Source: an uncultured Pseudomonadota bacterium (GTDB lineage: Bacteria > SAR324 > NAC60-12). Taken from it: a stretch of DNA of 64,000 nt. Location of the stretch: assembly GCA_913020725.1 (NCBI GenBank), contig CAJWCD010000001.1, positions 23,564-87,563 on the forward strand. The letters are read 5' to 3'. A program made the translations under genes and the position numbers. This document shows positions 12,816 through 25,667 of this stretch, piece after piece. The notes below the pieces were generated by a model. That model was not told the origin of the DNA, made no database searches, and saw only the letters and a list, made by a program, of their open reading frames with translations. Every line of letters starts with the position of its first letter. Position 1 is the first letter of the stretch.

Positions 12816-15059
12816 TCAGGAGTACTGGAAAATGAGCTGGTCCTCTTTGAGATCAATAGTCACCTCCCCGCCATCGGTGAGCTTGCCAAAGAGCACCTCG
12901 TCAGCAAGAACAGTCTCGATTTCCTGCTGGATGAGACGGGCCATCGGGCGGGCTCCAAACAGCGGATCATAGCCTTTCTTCGCCAGCCAGTTCTTGACTT
13001 CGTCCGAGACGCCAATGATCACCTTCCGCGCCTGAAGCCGAACCTCCAATGCCACAATGAGTTTGTCCACCACCATCCGCACCACCGGTTCCGGGAGTTG
13101 CGAGAAGGTGATGATCGAGTCGAGTCGGTTACGGAACTCTGGGTTGAAGGTGCGCTCGACCGCCTGCTTTGACGGCGACTTGGGGGTGCTGCTACCGAAG
13201 CCGATCACCGAAGAGGCCATCTCCTTAGCACCGATGTTTGAGGTCATGATGAGCACCACGTTCCGGAAATCAGCCTCACGTCCGTTATTGTCCGTGAGGG
13301 TGGCGTGGTCCATCACCTGAAGCAGGATATTGAAAATGTCCGGATGCGCCTTTTCAATCTCATCCAGCAACACGACGCAGTGGGGGTTCTTGCGGATCGA
13401 GTCGGTGAGCAAGCCCCCCTGATCGAAGCCGACATAACCCGGAGGCGCCCCAATCAACCGGGAAACCGTGTGCTTCTCCATGTACTCGGACATGTCGAAG
13501 CGGACGAAGTGGATGCCCATGATCTGGGCAAGCTGCTTGGCCAGTTCAGTTTTTCCAACCCCCGTTGGCCCCGTGAAAAGGAAAGAGCCGATGGGCTTGT
13601 CTGGATCACGCAATCCGGCACGGGAGCGCTTGACCGCTTTTGCAAGAATCTCGATCGCGGAATCCTGCCCGAAGACCTGCATCTTCAACTCCTTCTCCAA
13701 ACCTCGGAGCTTGTCCTTGTCCGTGCTGGTCATGCGCTCGAGCGGGATACGGGCGATGCTGGAAACCACGCGCTCGATGTCCTGTGGGTTCACGGTTTTG
13801 CGCTTCACGCCCGGACGCAACCGCACCATCGAACCGGCTTCGTCAATCACGTCAATGGCCTTGTCGGGAAGGAAACGATCGTTGATGTGCTTGGCAGCAA
13901 GGTCCGCTGCTGCGCGCAAGGCCGGGGTCGTGTAACGGAGTTGATGGTGCTGCTCGTAGTAACCCCGGAGCCCCTTCAGAATTTGGAAGGTTTCCTCTGT
14001 GGACGGCTCAGTGATGTCAATTTTCTGGAAGCGTCGGGACAGTGCCCGATCCTTCTCAAAAATCTTCTTGTACTCCTCATAGGTGGTGGAACCGATGCAG
14101 CGGATTTCTCCTTGTGCCAGCGCCGGCTTGAGAAGGTTCGACACATCCATCGAACCACCGCTCGTTGCGCCTGCGCCAATGATCGTGTGGATTTCGTCAA
14201 TGAAGAGGATCGAACCCTCATGCTGTAGGAGTGCCTTCAGCACAGATTTGATGCGCTGCTCGAAATCCCCTCGAAACTTTGTCCCGGCAAGTAGGGCACC
14301 GATGTCGAGCGAGAAAACCTCGACCCCCTCCAGCACATCCGGCACCTCAGCAAGATGAATCTTGAGGGCAAGCCCTTCCGCAATCGCGGTCTTCCCGACT
14401 CCTGGATCTCCAACGTAGATCGGGTTGTTCTTGCGGCGGCGGCAAAGGATCTGGACCGTGCGGTCGAGTTCGTGCTGGCGGCCGATCAGCGGATCGAGTT
14501 TCTTGTCCTCGGCGAGTTTTGTGAGGTTGACCGTGTAGAGTTTGAGGGGGTCTTGCTCTTTCCGACTAGAGGGGACTTCCTCTTCGTCAGAGCCGTCATA
14601 GTTGAGCCCCTCCTCCTCCTCCTCTTCAACCGGCACCTTGGCAATCCCGTGGGAGATGAAGTTGAGCAAATCGAGGCGTGTGATGCCCTCCTTCTGTAAG
14701 AAGTAGGAGGCGTAGGATTGCGATTCCCGGTGGATCGCCACCAGAATGTCGCCCACGTCCGCCGAGGATTTGCCCGAGCTGTTGACGTGCATGATCGCCA
14801 AGTGCAACACCCGCTGAACCGCCCGTGTCTGTTGTGGGGATGAGTTTTCTTCCTGGATGGTTTCCTGCTGGGAGAAGAACTCTTCAAGATCGGACTTGAT
14901 GCGGTCCACGTTGCCGCCGCAGCTTTGGATGATGCGGACTCCGGCGTCGTGGTGCAGGAGGGCGTAGAGAATATGCTCCACGCAAAGGTATTCGTGCCGA
15001 CGTTCTTTGGCCTCGTTCTGGGCCGCCATCAGGCACATTTCCAAATCTCGGGTAAACAT
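12816..15059 (-). CDS. clpA: ATP-dependent Clp protease ATP-binding subunit ClpA
   Basis: 747 aa. Clp N-domain plus two AAA+ modules (GDPGVGKTAIAEGLA / ILFIDEIH and FLFTGPTGVGKTELAKQLA). There is no long ClpB-type middle coiled coil. It lies immediately downstream of clpS. Confidence 0.88.
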   Translation of the reverse strand: MFTRDLEMCLMAAQNEAKERRHEYLCVEHILYALLHHDAGVRIIQSCGGNVDRIKSDLEEFFSQQETIQEENSSPQQTRAVQRVLHLAIMHVNSSGKSSADVGDILVAIHRESQSYASYFLQKEGITRLDLLNFISHGIAKVPVEEEEEEGLNYDGSDEEEVPSSRKEQDPLKLYTVNLTKLAEDKKLDPLIGRQHELDRTVQILCRRRKNNPIYVGDPGVGKTAIAEGLALKIHLAEVPDVLEGVEVFSLDIGALLAGTKFRGDFEQRIKSVLKALLQHEGSILFIDEIHTIIGAGATSGGSMDVSNLLKPALAQGEIRCIGSTTYEEYKKIFEKDRALSRRFQKIDITEPSTEETFQILKGLRGYYEQHHQLRYTTPALRAAADLAAKHINDRFLPDKAIDVIDEAGSMVRLRPGVKRKTVNPQDIERVVSSIARIPLERMTSTDKDKLRGLEKELKMQVFGQDSAIEILAKAVKRSRAGLRDPDKPIGSFLFTGPTGVGKTELAKQLAQIMGIHFVRFDMSEYMEKHTVSRLIGAPPGYVGFDQGGLLTDSIRKNPHCVVLLDEIEKAHPDIFNILLQVMDHATLTDNNGREADFRNVVLIMTSNIGAKEMASSVIGFGSSTPKSPSKQAVERTFNPEFRNRLDSIITFSQLPEPVVRMVVDKLIVALEVRLQARKVIIGVSDEVKNWLAKKGYDPLFGARPMARLIQQEIETVLADEVLFGKLTDGGEVTIDLKEDQLIFQYS

Positions 15060-15068
15060 AGGGGTGTC

Positions 15069-15389
15069 TCAGGCTTCTTCCATGCTGGATTTGAGGGGAA
15101 ACTCATACTGTTCAGCGAGGTCATGCACAGCGGACACCTTGGTTTCGGCGATCTCGAAGGAATACACCCCGCAGACGCCGATACCGTTTTCGTGAACCCG
15201 GAGCATGATCTGAGTCGCCTCTGAAGGACTTTTATGGAACACGGACTGGAGCACATACACGACGAACTCCATAGTGGTGTAATCATCGTTGTGCAGCAAG
15301 ACCTTGTACTGGACCGGAGCCTTGAGCTTCTTCCGGGTCTTGGTGACAACCTGCTCTTCCGTCTGTTCTTCCGTTTTGATCTCACTCAC
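15069..15389 (-). CDS. clpS: ClpA adaptor protein ClpS
   Basis: 106 aa. ClpS core YKVLLHNDDYTTMEFVVYVLQSVFH. Forms the classic clpS-clpA operon arrangement. Confidence 0.9.
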   Translation of the reverse strand: MSEIKTEEQTEEQVVTKTRKKLKAPVQYKVLLHNDDYTTMEFVVYVLQSVFHKSPSEATQIMLRVHENGIGVCGVYSFEIAETKVSAVHDLAEQYEFPLKSSMEEA

Positions 15390-15489
15390 GTGGAACTCTC
15401 CTTGCGCTACTTTTCCCGATAGGGTTCTGAGTCAATTAAGCAAACTGCTGGAAGCTTTAGGCAATCGCCCGTGCAAGTCAACGCAATTT

Positions 15490-16503
15490 CTACGCAAACG
15501 CCTTTCGCTCCCGAACTTCCTGCTGGAGCGAGGGATCCTTGAGGTAAACCCGGCTGTTTGGAGGTACACTATGAGTGAGCCAGACGTTCCCGCCGATGAT
15601 TGACCCCGCACCAATCACGGTGTCACCGCCAAGGATCGTCGCTCCAGAGTAGATGATGACGTTGTCCTCAATGGTTGGGTGGCGCTTGTCCAGCGGATGC
15701 CCCTTGTGCTTTTTCGGGCTAAGCGCTCCAAGCGTGATCCCCTGATACATCCGCACATTGTCTCCGATGATGGTGGTCGCTCCAATCACAACCGCCGTAC
15801 CGTGATCCAGCATGATGCCTTGGCCCAGCCGGGCGTTCGGATGGATGTCGATGCCAAAGCGGGAATGCACATGCTCCGTCATGATCCTTGGGATGAGCGG
15901 CACCCCATGATTGTGTAGAAAGTGAGCGATGCGGTAAACGCTCAGTGCTTGCAACCCCGGATAGGCCAAAACGATCTCGCGCTTGCTCGTGGCTGCCGGA
16001 TCTCCTGCGAAAATTGCATCAACATCCTCCGCCAGAATTCCGCGCAGTTCCGGAAGGTACTCCAGAAACTCAAAGACGATCCCCTCCACTTGATCCCGGA
16101 AATCCTCCCGCTGATGGCAGTCTTCCCCGCCTTGGGAATACTCCCAGCACAACACCTCTTCAATGTACTCCTGAAGTTGCTCGAAGACCGTGGCGGTCCT
16201 TTGCCCCATCGCATAGGGAAGGTTCAGAGAGTCGAAGCGCTCCTGGCGAATCAGACCGGGAAACAGCAGCACTTGGATGCCTTCGACCAACCGCACGATA
16301 TTCTCTTTGCTCGGCAAAGGAGTTGTTCCAATCCGCTCGATTTCCGGATACTTTCCGTATGAAGCCAACAGTCCATCAACCGCATTTTTCAGGCGCTGCT
16401 TCCGGTGTTCTTCCGACTCGTCCTGCAAAGTGACCGGACTGAGTTGGCTGTTATCAGCAAATGCTGATACTATTTCAAGGTTCTCATCATTCGGTGCCAT
16501 CAT
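15490..16503 (-). CDS. cysE: Serine O-acetyltransferase (CysE-like) with N-terminal extension
   Basis: C-terminal left-handed beta-helix hexapeptide repeats (GIDIHPNARLGQGIMLDHGTAVVIGATTIIGDNVRMYQGITLG...HPTIEDNVIIYSGATILG). The SAT N-terminal helical domain is present (DPAATSKREIVLAYPGLQALSVYRIAHFL). About 140 extra N-terminal residues. The start codon overlaps or abuts the divergent pyrE start. Confidence 0.7.
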   Translation of the reverse strand: MMAPNDENLEIVSAFADNSQLSPVTLQDESEEHRKQRLKNAVDGLLASYGKYPEIERIGTTPLPSKENIVRLVEGIQVLLFPGLIRQERFDSLNLPYAMGQRTATVFEQLQEYIEEVLCWEYSQGGEDCHQREDFRDQVEGIVFEFLEYLPELRGILAEDVDAIFAGDPAATSKREIVLAYPGLQALSVYRIAHFLHNHGVPLIPRIMTEHVHSRFGIDIHPNARLGQGIMLDHGTAVVIGATTIIGDNVRMYQGITLGALSPKKHKGHPLDKRHPTIEDNVIIYSGATILGGDTVIGAGSIIGGNVWLTHSVPPNSRVYLKDPSLQQEVRERKAFA

Positions 16504-17179
16504 GAATTCTTACAAGTTTGAGTTCGCTCAGTTTCTCATCCGGGAGCAAGCCCTGCAGTTCGGTCAGTTCACGCTCAAGAGTGGCCGGGTCTCTCCGTAT
16601 TTCTTCAACTCCGCTCGGTTCAACACGGGACGCGCTCTTCGGGAATTGGGCGAGTTTTATGCCCGCGCCATTGCCGACCACCTGCCGGGATGCACTTCTG
16701 TTTTCGGCCCGGCCTACAAGGGCATTCCCCTCTGCATCGCCACCGCGCAGGCACTGGAAATCTTCTCTAATCAAACTATCGGATATTTCTTTAACCGAAA
16801 AGAAAAAAAAAGCCACGGCGACGCCGGACGGCTGGTGGGACGCACTCCCACGCCGGAGGATCGGATCGTCATGGTGGACGATGTGATCACCGACGGCCTC
16901 ACCAAACTGGAGGCGGTCGTCATGGTCCGGGAAACCTGTGGGGTCGAGTTCGCAGGCATCGTTGTTGCCGTGGACCGCATGGAGCGCAACCAATCCGGAC
17001 AAGACGCTCTGCTGAGCTTGGAAGAGCGCGTGGGAGTTCCGGTGCGGGCGCTCATCAACATCCGGGAGGTTTGCGAATTGCTCACTGATGTCGAGGTTGA
17101 CAGTGCGGTGGTGCTGGATGTGACCAAGCGGGAACAGATCGAAACGTACCTGCGCCAGCACGGCGCTCAGGACCGCTGA
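16502..17179 (+). CDS. pyrE: Orotate phosphoribosyltransferase
   Basis: The track ORF starts at 16277, but the canonical PyrE N-terminus MNSYKFEFAQFLIREQALQFGQFTLKSGRVSPYFFN begins at ATG 16502. PRPP-binding motif IVMVDDVITDGLT and flexible loop RKEKKSHGDAG are present. Confidence 0.9.
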   Translation: MNSYKFEFAQFLIREQALQFGQFTLKSGRVSPYFFNSARFNTGRALRELGEFYARAIADHLPGCTSVFGPAYKGIPLCIATAQALEIFSNQTIGYFFNRKEKKSHGDAGRLVGRTPTPEDRIVMVDDVITDGLTKLEAVVMVRETCGVEFAGIVVAVDRMERNQSGQDALLSLEERVGVPVRALINIREVCELLTDVEVDSAVVLDVTKREQIETYLRQHGAQDR

Positions 17180-17190
17180 CTCGCTCCACC

Positions 17191-17625
17191 ATGCAAAAAG
17201 CCACTGCCAGTGATCGAGCACTCCGACGCGCTCGCATTTCTTGGGAACAATCTCAGGAAGACCTCCGCATCGCCAAGTCCCGCATCCGTGACTCTCCGGA
17301 AGTGAGCTGCCTGCAATCCACGCAAGCCGCCATTAACGCCTTGGGGTCTGTACTTGAGGCGCAGGGACATTTTCAGCTTCCTGCGTTTTCATCCGTTGAA
17401 ATGCTGGATGCCTGCGTTTCGATTGTTGCAGACTTGGAGTCGATCCGCTCCCAGTGTTATGTCCTCGACAGCATACTGGAGCGCGACATGTTGGGCAAAG
17501 CCCGTCAGAAAAACGTGCGCTTCACTCCGGCGTTTGCCAAAACCTGTCAGCGCGCCGCCGAGAGCATTCTTAGCGAAATCCGGAAGTTCTGGAGCCAAAT
17601 CCCAACCCCGCGCACCACCTCATGA
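17191..17625 (+). CDS. Hypothetical protein (144 aa), no family recognised
   Basis: Sits between pyrE and the NUDIX gene, and its stop overlaps the downstream start by 4 nt. Mostly helical, charged sequence. No assignable motif. Confidence 0.45.
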   Translation: MQKATASDRALRRARISWEQSQEDLRIAKSRIRDSPEVSCLQSTQAAINALGSVLEAQGHFQLPAFSSVEMLDACVSIVADLESIRSQCYVLDSILERDMLGKARQKNVRFTPAFAKTCQRAAESILSEIRKFWSQIPTPRTTS

Positions 17626-18284
17626 CACTGGCGGACTCGGGGTCGCTGGAGCAGATTCGTTCACGCCTCTGCAATCTCAACCTTCCCCTCAACTCCAAGG
17701 TTAAAAAGCGAGCCTCCGTGCTGATTCCGTTGCGTCAGATCGATGGTGAGTTACACCTACTCTTCACCCAACGAGCCTCCCATCTGAACTCACACTCCGG
17801 ACAGGTCTCCTTTCCCGGAGGCAAGCAGGATCCCCAAGATCGCTCTGCGCTTGAAACCGTACTTCGGGAGTGCGAAGAGGAAATCGGACTCACTCCCGAA
17901 CAAGTGGAATGCCTTGGCCAGATTGACCAGATTATTTCGCTCTACCACTATCTGGTCACACCTTTTGTTGCGATCATCGCTTCGGATTTTATTTCTCGTC
18001 CCAACTCGGATGAGATCGACGCGGTTTTTGAGGTACCGCTTTCGTTTTTCCTCAACCCAACCCATCACATCTCCGAGGAAATTTCTTACGAGTATCCCAG
18101 ACTTTCTCACCATTTTCTCTTCGGTAATTACGACATCTGGGGAATGACCGCCAAATTGGTGATTCGCTTTTTGGAGCTCGGCATCGGATATGTTCCCGAA
18201 TATCCGATTCATCATCACAAGGGTCCGAACTGGCTCCGGCTGGCCCAACGGTTCACCGGACAACCCCACAAGCCGTCTCAGTAA
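17622..18284 (+). CDS. NUDIX hydrolase, CoA pyrophosphatase (NudL) family
   Basis: Nudix box GGKQDPQDRSALETVLRECEEEIGL. Upstream RASVLIPL... motif typical of CoA pyrophosphatases. 220 aa. Confidence 0.75.
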   Translation: MTLADSGSLEQIRSRLCNLNLPLNSKVKKRASVLIPLRQIDGELHLLFTQRASHLNSHSGQVSFPGGKQDPQDRSALETVLRECEEEIGLTPEQVECLGQIDQIISLYHYLVTPFVAIIASDFISRPNSDEIDAVFEVPLSFFLNPTHHISEEISYEYPRLSHHFLFGNYDIWGMTAKLVIRFLELGIGYVPEYPIHHHKGPNWLRLAQRFTGQPHKPSQ

Positions 18285-19447
18285 TATTCCGCGACTTGAA
18301 ACAACGGAAGGTAGATGGAGAGCAGGAAAACCAGCACCCCGGAGGCAATCAGGAGCATCAGTGCTGGTTCCAAATAGGCGTTGAAGCGTCCCAAGGTGCG
18401 TTCCACCTCAATCCGACAATTCTCCGAAACATGAGTGAAGGCTCCGGCCAAATCCCCGGTTGCCTCACCCGCGCTCACTGCGTTGGAGAATCTTGGCCCC
18501 AGTCCGGCAACTTGCTGGTATGATTTTCCCAAGCCTTCTCCGTGTTCGACCCGCTCCCGCAGTCTTGCAAGCTCGGACGAGCGAAAATCCATCAGCATCG
18601 GCTCCATCAGTTGCAGGCACAGGGTCAACGGCATCCCCGAATGCAGGCCGGACGACATGGTTCGCGCATACATCATCATCTGAATCTCTCTTCGCAGTTC
18701 CCGGACTCCGGGAACCTGCGCCCAAAGGTTTCCCCATTTTCCATAGTGCCGGAGTCCCAGCCCACCAAGTCCGAGCAGAAGGACTGCGGCGAACCAGCCT
18801 TCCGGACTACCTCGCAACAACTCGCTCAGGGCAACCATCACTTGCGTTGGCCAAAACAACTGATCCCCGGCAACTGCGTACAAGCGACTAAACATGGGGA
18901 TAACGTACAGCAGCATGCCAACAGCCAAGAGTACAAACACCCCCAACACCGTCAGTGGATACAGCAACAACCGTCGCTGATCCCGTGAAAATTTTTGGCG
19001 GAGCTGCAACAGTTCACACAATTCATCGATGCTTTCTGCCAGCCGATCCGAGGATTCTGCCGCCACCAAAGTCCGGGTGACCATGCCCGGAATCACCTTT
19101 GTGTTCGCCAGCGCATTCCCGAACGATTCTCCTTTGAGAAGCTGGTCACGAACCACACAGAGGTGGTATTTGAGATTGTATGGTTTGAAGTGCTGGATCG
19201 CCTCGTTGAGGCTGAGGTGGAGATTAATCCCGGAACCGAGCAAGCGGCCTAGAAAACTCAGCACGGCGTGGAGTATTTCCTCACCAAGATTTTGCTGAAC
19301 CGCATAATCCGAGAGTCTGCGGAGCGAAATCCTGAACTTGCCCTGTCGGTTTAATTCGGCGGTAACCGCAACCGCAGAGTGTCCTCCGATCGCCCCGGTT
19401 TCCTGAATGCCCTGCTCGCCGATGCCCGTCCACAAAAACCGAGACAC
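18278..19447 (-). CDS. Type II secretion / type IV pilus platform protein, GspF/PilC family
   Basis: 389 aa. Two repeated GspF-type modules with three TM segments (LLYPLTVLGVFVLLAVGMLLYVIP...), and a C-terminus ending ...LPLFQVAEYY as in GspF/PilC. No GspE/GspD/pilin genes in the window. Confidence 0.75.
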   Translation of the reverse strand: MSRFLWTGIGEQGIQETGAIGGHSAVAVTAELNRQGKFRISLRRLSDYAVQQNLGEEILHAVLSFLGRLLGSGINLHLSLNEAIQHFKPYNLKYHLCVVRDQLLKGESFGNALANTKVIPGMVTRTLVAAESSDRLAESIDELCELLQLRQKFSRDQRRLLLYPLTVLGVFVLLAVGMLLYVIPMFSRLYAVAGDQLFWPTQVMVALSELLRGSPEGWFAAVLLLGLGGLGLRHYGKWGNLWAQVPGVRELRREIQMMMYARTMSSGLHSGMPLTLCLQLMEPMLMDFRSSELARLRERVEHGEGLGKSYQQVAGLGPRFSNAVSAGEATGDLAGAFTHVSENCRIEVERTLGRFNAYLEPALMLLIASGVLVFLLSIYLPLFQVAEYY

Positions 19448-19456
19448 CGTCTGGAC

Positions 19457-23250
<3,794 letters not shown>

Positions 23251-24327
23251 TCACTCCACAATCCGTCCTTGAAAAATCTGGATTTTCTCGCCATGAACCG
23301 CTCTTCCTTGAGGAAGGGTTGTCGAAGTAATAAAGACTTGGTTCTCCATTTTTTCAAGCGTTGAAATTGTATGGTTGACTACCCTTTGATCCAACTCTGA
23401 AAACAAGTCATCCAAAATGATGACCGGATGGTTCCCCGTCTTCTTTATTAATACCGAATTTATACACAATTTTAAAGACAAATATGTGATGCGATACTCT
23501 CCTTGAGAAAAGAACTCCCGATCTCTTCTCTCACCAAGTTGCATCCGGTAGTCATCCCGGTGAGGACCAACCAGCGCATGGCCGTATTGTCGTTCCCTCC
23601 CAAGGGAACTCTCAATTTCATGAAGAACCGAATCCTCTCCTTTATCCCAGCTGCGGAGAGCAGGTTCGTACTGCAATTCAAGAGCCTCCTCTCGCCCTGT
23701 CAATTCCTGAAAAACCGAGGAGAGTGTTTCGTTGACTTGTGCAACAAATTTCTGTCGTTTTTTTGTGATGCTGACTCCATAACGAGCGAGCAGTTCGTTC
23801 CACGGTTTTATTTCCGCTTCAAGCTGCTGTTTTTTTAGTAGAATATTTTTCTGACCCAGCACCTCCTTGTAGCTCTGCAAATCGGCAAGATGGGTTGAAT
23901 CAAGCAATGAAAGGGTTCGGTTAAAAAAACGGCGGCGTTCCTGAGGTTGATTCCGGAACAAGCTCACACCTTCTGGAGCGAAGGCGAGCGAGGCAAAGGA
24001 CAACATATATTCGGAAGTCCGTTGGAGCACCTTGTGGTCCAAGAGGACGCGTCGACCTTTCTCGTTAACCGTGATGTCGATTTTGTGAAGGACGGAGTTC
24101 CGTTCAACTTCGCCTACAAGACGGGTTGCACAACTCCCGGTGTTGAGCAGGATGGTGGTTTTGCGTGTCCGGAAGGATTCGAGGTTGCAGAGATAGTGGA
24201 TCGCCTCAACCAGATTGGTTTTTCCTTGGCCGTTGCTCCCGATGATCCAATTGCAGGAGGGCGAGAACTTGGCGGAAAGTGTCTTGTAGTTTCGAAATCC
24301 GGTCAGGTTCAGCCCGCGAACTACCAT
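23251..24327 (-). CDS. recF: DNA replication and repair protein RecF
   Basis: Walker A GSNGQGKTNLVEAIHYL and SMC-like signature/Walker B (ILDDLFSELD). 358 aa. Start overlaps the dnaN stop by 7 nt. Confidence 0.88.
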   Translation of the reverse strand: MVVRGLNLTGFRNYKTLSAKFSPSCNWIIGSNGQGKTNLVEAIHYLCNLESFRTRKTTILLNTGSCATRLVGEVERNSVLHKIDITVNEKGRRVLLDHKVLQRTSEYMLSFASLAFAPEGVSLFRNQPQERRRFFNRTLSLLDSTHLADLQSYKEVLGQKNILLKKQQLEAEIKPWNELLARYGVSITKKRQKFVAQVNETLSSVFQELTGREEALELQYEPALRSWDKGEDSVLHEIESSLGRERQYGHALVGPHRDDYRMQLGERRDREFFSQGEYRITYLSLKLCINSVLIKKTGNHPVIILDDLFSELDQRVVNHTISTLEKMENQVFITSTTLPQGRAVHGEKIQIFQGRIVE

Positions 24328-25448
24328 TCAATCCGCAAAGGCATAATCACCGACAGGAAGGAACCATCGGCTTCCTCTCGGACTACACTGGGACTCATGG
24401 GGTTCTTGAACTCCATACGAACCTGAGCGGTGGACATCACTCCGAGGGTATCCAGCAGGTAACGGGAGTTGAAGCCGATCTGGAAATCCTCTCCGGAATA
24501 CTCTGCATCCAGTTCATCACTAACCTCACCATACTCGGCCTTTTCACTTTCCACCCGGAGTTTCCCGGAACTCAGCGTCAGTTTCACAGGACGGAGCTTT
24601 TCCGTGCTGATGGAGGAAACAATCTTGAGTGAACTGACTAAACGCTCCCGGTCCACTGTGGCCACCAAAGTGTTGTCCTTGGGAATGATCGGATCGCAGT
24701 TCGGGAACTTTCCCTCGATCAGCCGTGTCTTGTAGGCGAGGTCATTGCCCATAAACTGCATCACGCGATCATTGAAACTGACCTGAACGGTGTCCCCAAA
24801 CAGCTCAACCGAGCGTCTCACCTCGCTCAGTGCTTTCCGGGGAATAATCACCTCCTGCACTTGGGAAAAGCTTGTACTCTCCGTTTCGGAAAGCACTTGT
24901 GCAAGCCGATGCCCGTCCGTTGCCAACCAACGCACCTTTCCCGTCTCCGGAGTGGTCAAGTTCACCCCCATCAGGTTTCTGCGGGACTCGTTCGTCTGCG
25001 CCGCGAAAAGCGTCATGTCGATTCCGCGCTTCAGATCCTCGACCGGAATTGAGAGTTTTTCCGGAAGGTCCTCAATCTCCGTCTGTGGATACAAGCCGAC
25101 CTCCACAGTTGGAAGCCGGAGTTCCGAACTCCCGCAGGTGGCGTTCACCCAGAGTTGCTCTGTCGATTGAATGTGAACCATCTCTCCGGAAAATTCCCGA
25201 ACGATGTCATACATCTTTCTCGCATTGACGCAGATGCTCCCTTCCTCACGAACCTCAACGGAATGTCTTTCGATCAAGGACAACTCATAATCTGTTGCCG
25301 TGAATTCCGCTTGGGTCTCATCTCCTTCGGCCTCCAAGGTTTTGATTAGAAAATTGGACAGAATTGGTTTCGCCAAACTCTTGTCGATTACGGCAATCAC
25401 ATTCTGAAGAGCGTCTCGTAATACTGAAGTCTTAATTAAGATATCCAT
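24321..25448 (-). CDS. dnaN: DNA polymerase III beta sliding clamp
   Basis: 375 aa with three-domain clamp architecture. N-terminus MDILIKTSVLRDALQNVIAVIDK... and C-terminus ...MPLRIEW are typical of DnaN. Confidence 0.88.
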   Translation of the reverse strand: MDILIKTSVLRDALQNVIAVIDKSLAKPILSNFLIKTLEAEGDETQAEFTATDYELSLIERHSVEVREEGSICVNARKMYDIVREFSGEMVHIQSTEQLWVNATCGSSELRLPTVEVGLYPQTEIEDLPEKLSIPVEDLKRGIDMTLFAAQTNESRRNLMGVNLTTPETGKVRWLATDGHRLAQVLSETESTSFSQVQEVIIPRKALSEVRRSVELFGDTVQVSFNDRVMQFMGNDLAYKTRLIEGKFPNCDPIIPKDNTLVATVDRERLVSSLKIVSSISTEKLRPVKLTLSSGKLRVESEKAEYGEVSDELDAEYSGEDFQIGFNSRYLLDTLGVMSTAQVRMEFKNPMSPSVVREEADGSFLSVIMPLRIEW

Positions 25449-25667
25449 AATTCTCTTTAAATAGTAGTTAGAGGGCAGTTGATTTGTTGATAACTCTACA
25501 ATGTACTGAATTTAATAAATATTTTATCTTTATCAAAGGTCTGGAAGAAGTCGATATAGTTTACCAAACCTTTATCCAATGTAGCAAGAACTGGACGAAA
25601 CTACAGGATTTTTTTGGTTCTGTTGATAAATGTTGGAAGAGTTTTGAAGGAAGGGTTGATAACGTAG
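25449..25667. promoter_or_regulatory. AT-rich dnaN upstream region with repeated DnaA-box-like 9-mers; candidate replication origin or dnaN promoter
   Basis: GTTGATAA[C/A] occurs three times (25487-25496, 25624-25633, 25665-25674). Its reverse complement TTATCAAC(A/C) is 1-2 mismatches from the DnaA box TTATCCACA. TTTATCCAAT is at 25570-25579. A long A+T run (25506-25540) could serve as a DUE. No dnaA gene is adjacent. Confidence 0.35.

Noticed and set aside
17191-17625. Considered calling the 144-aa ORF a HEPN-domain protein
   Set aside because: No Rx4-6H motif and no other HEPN signature could be found, so it is left as hypothetical.
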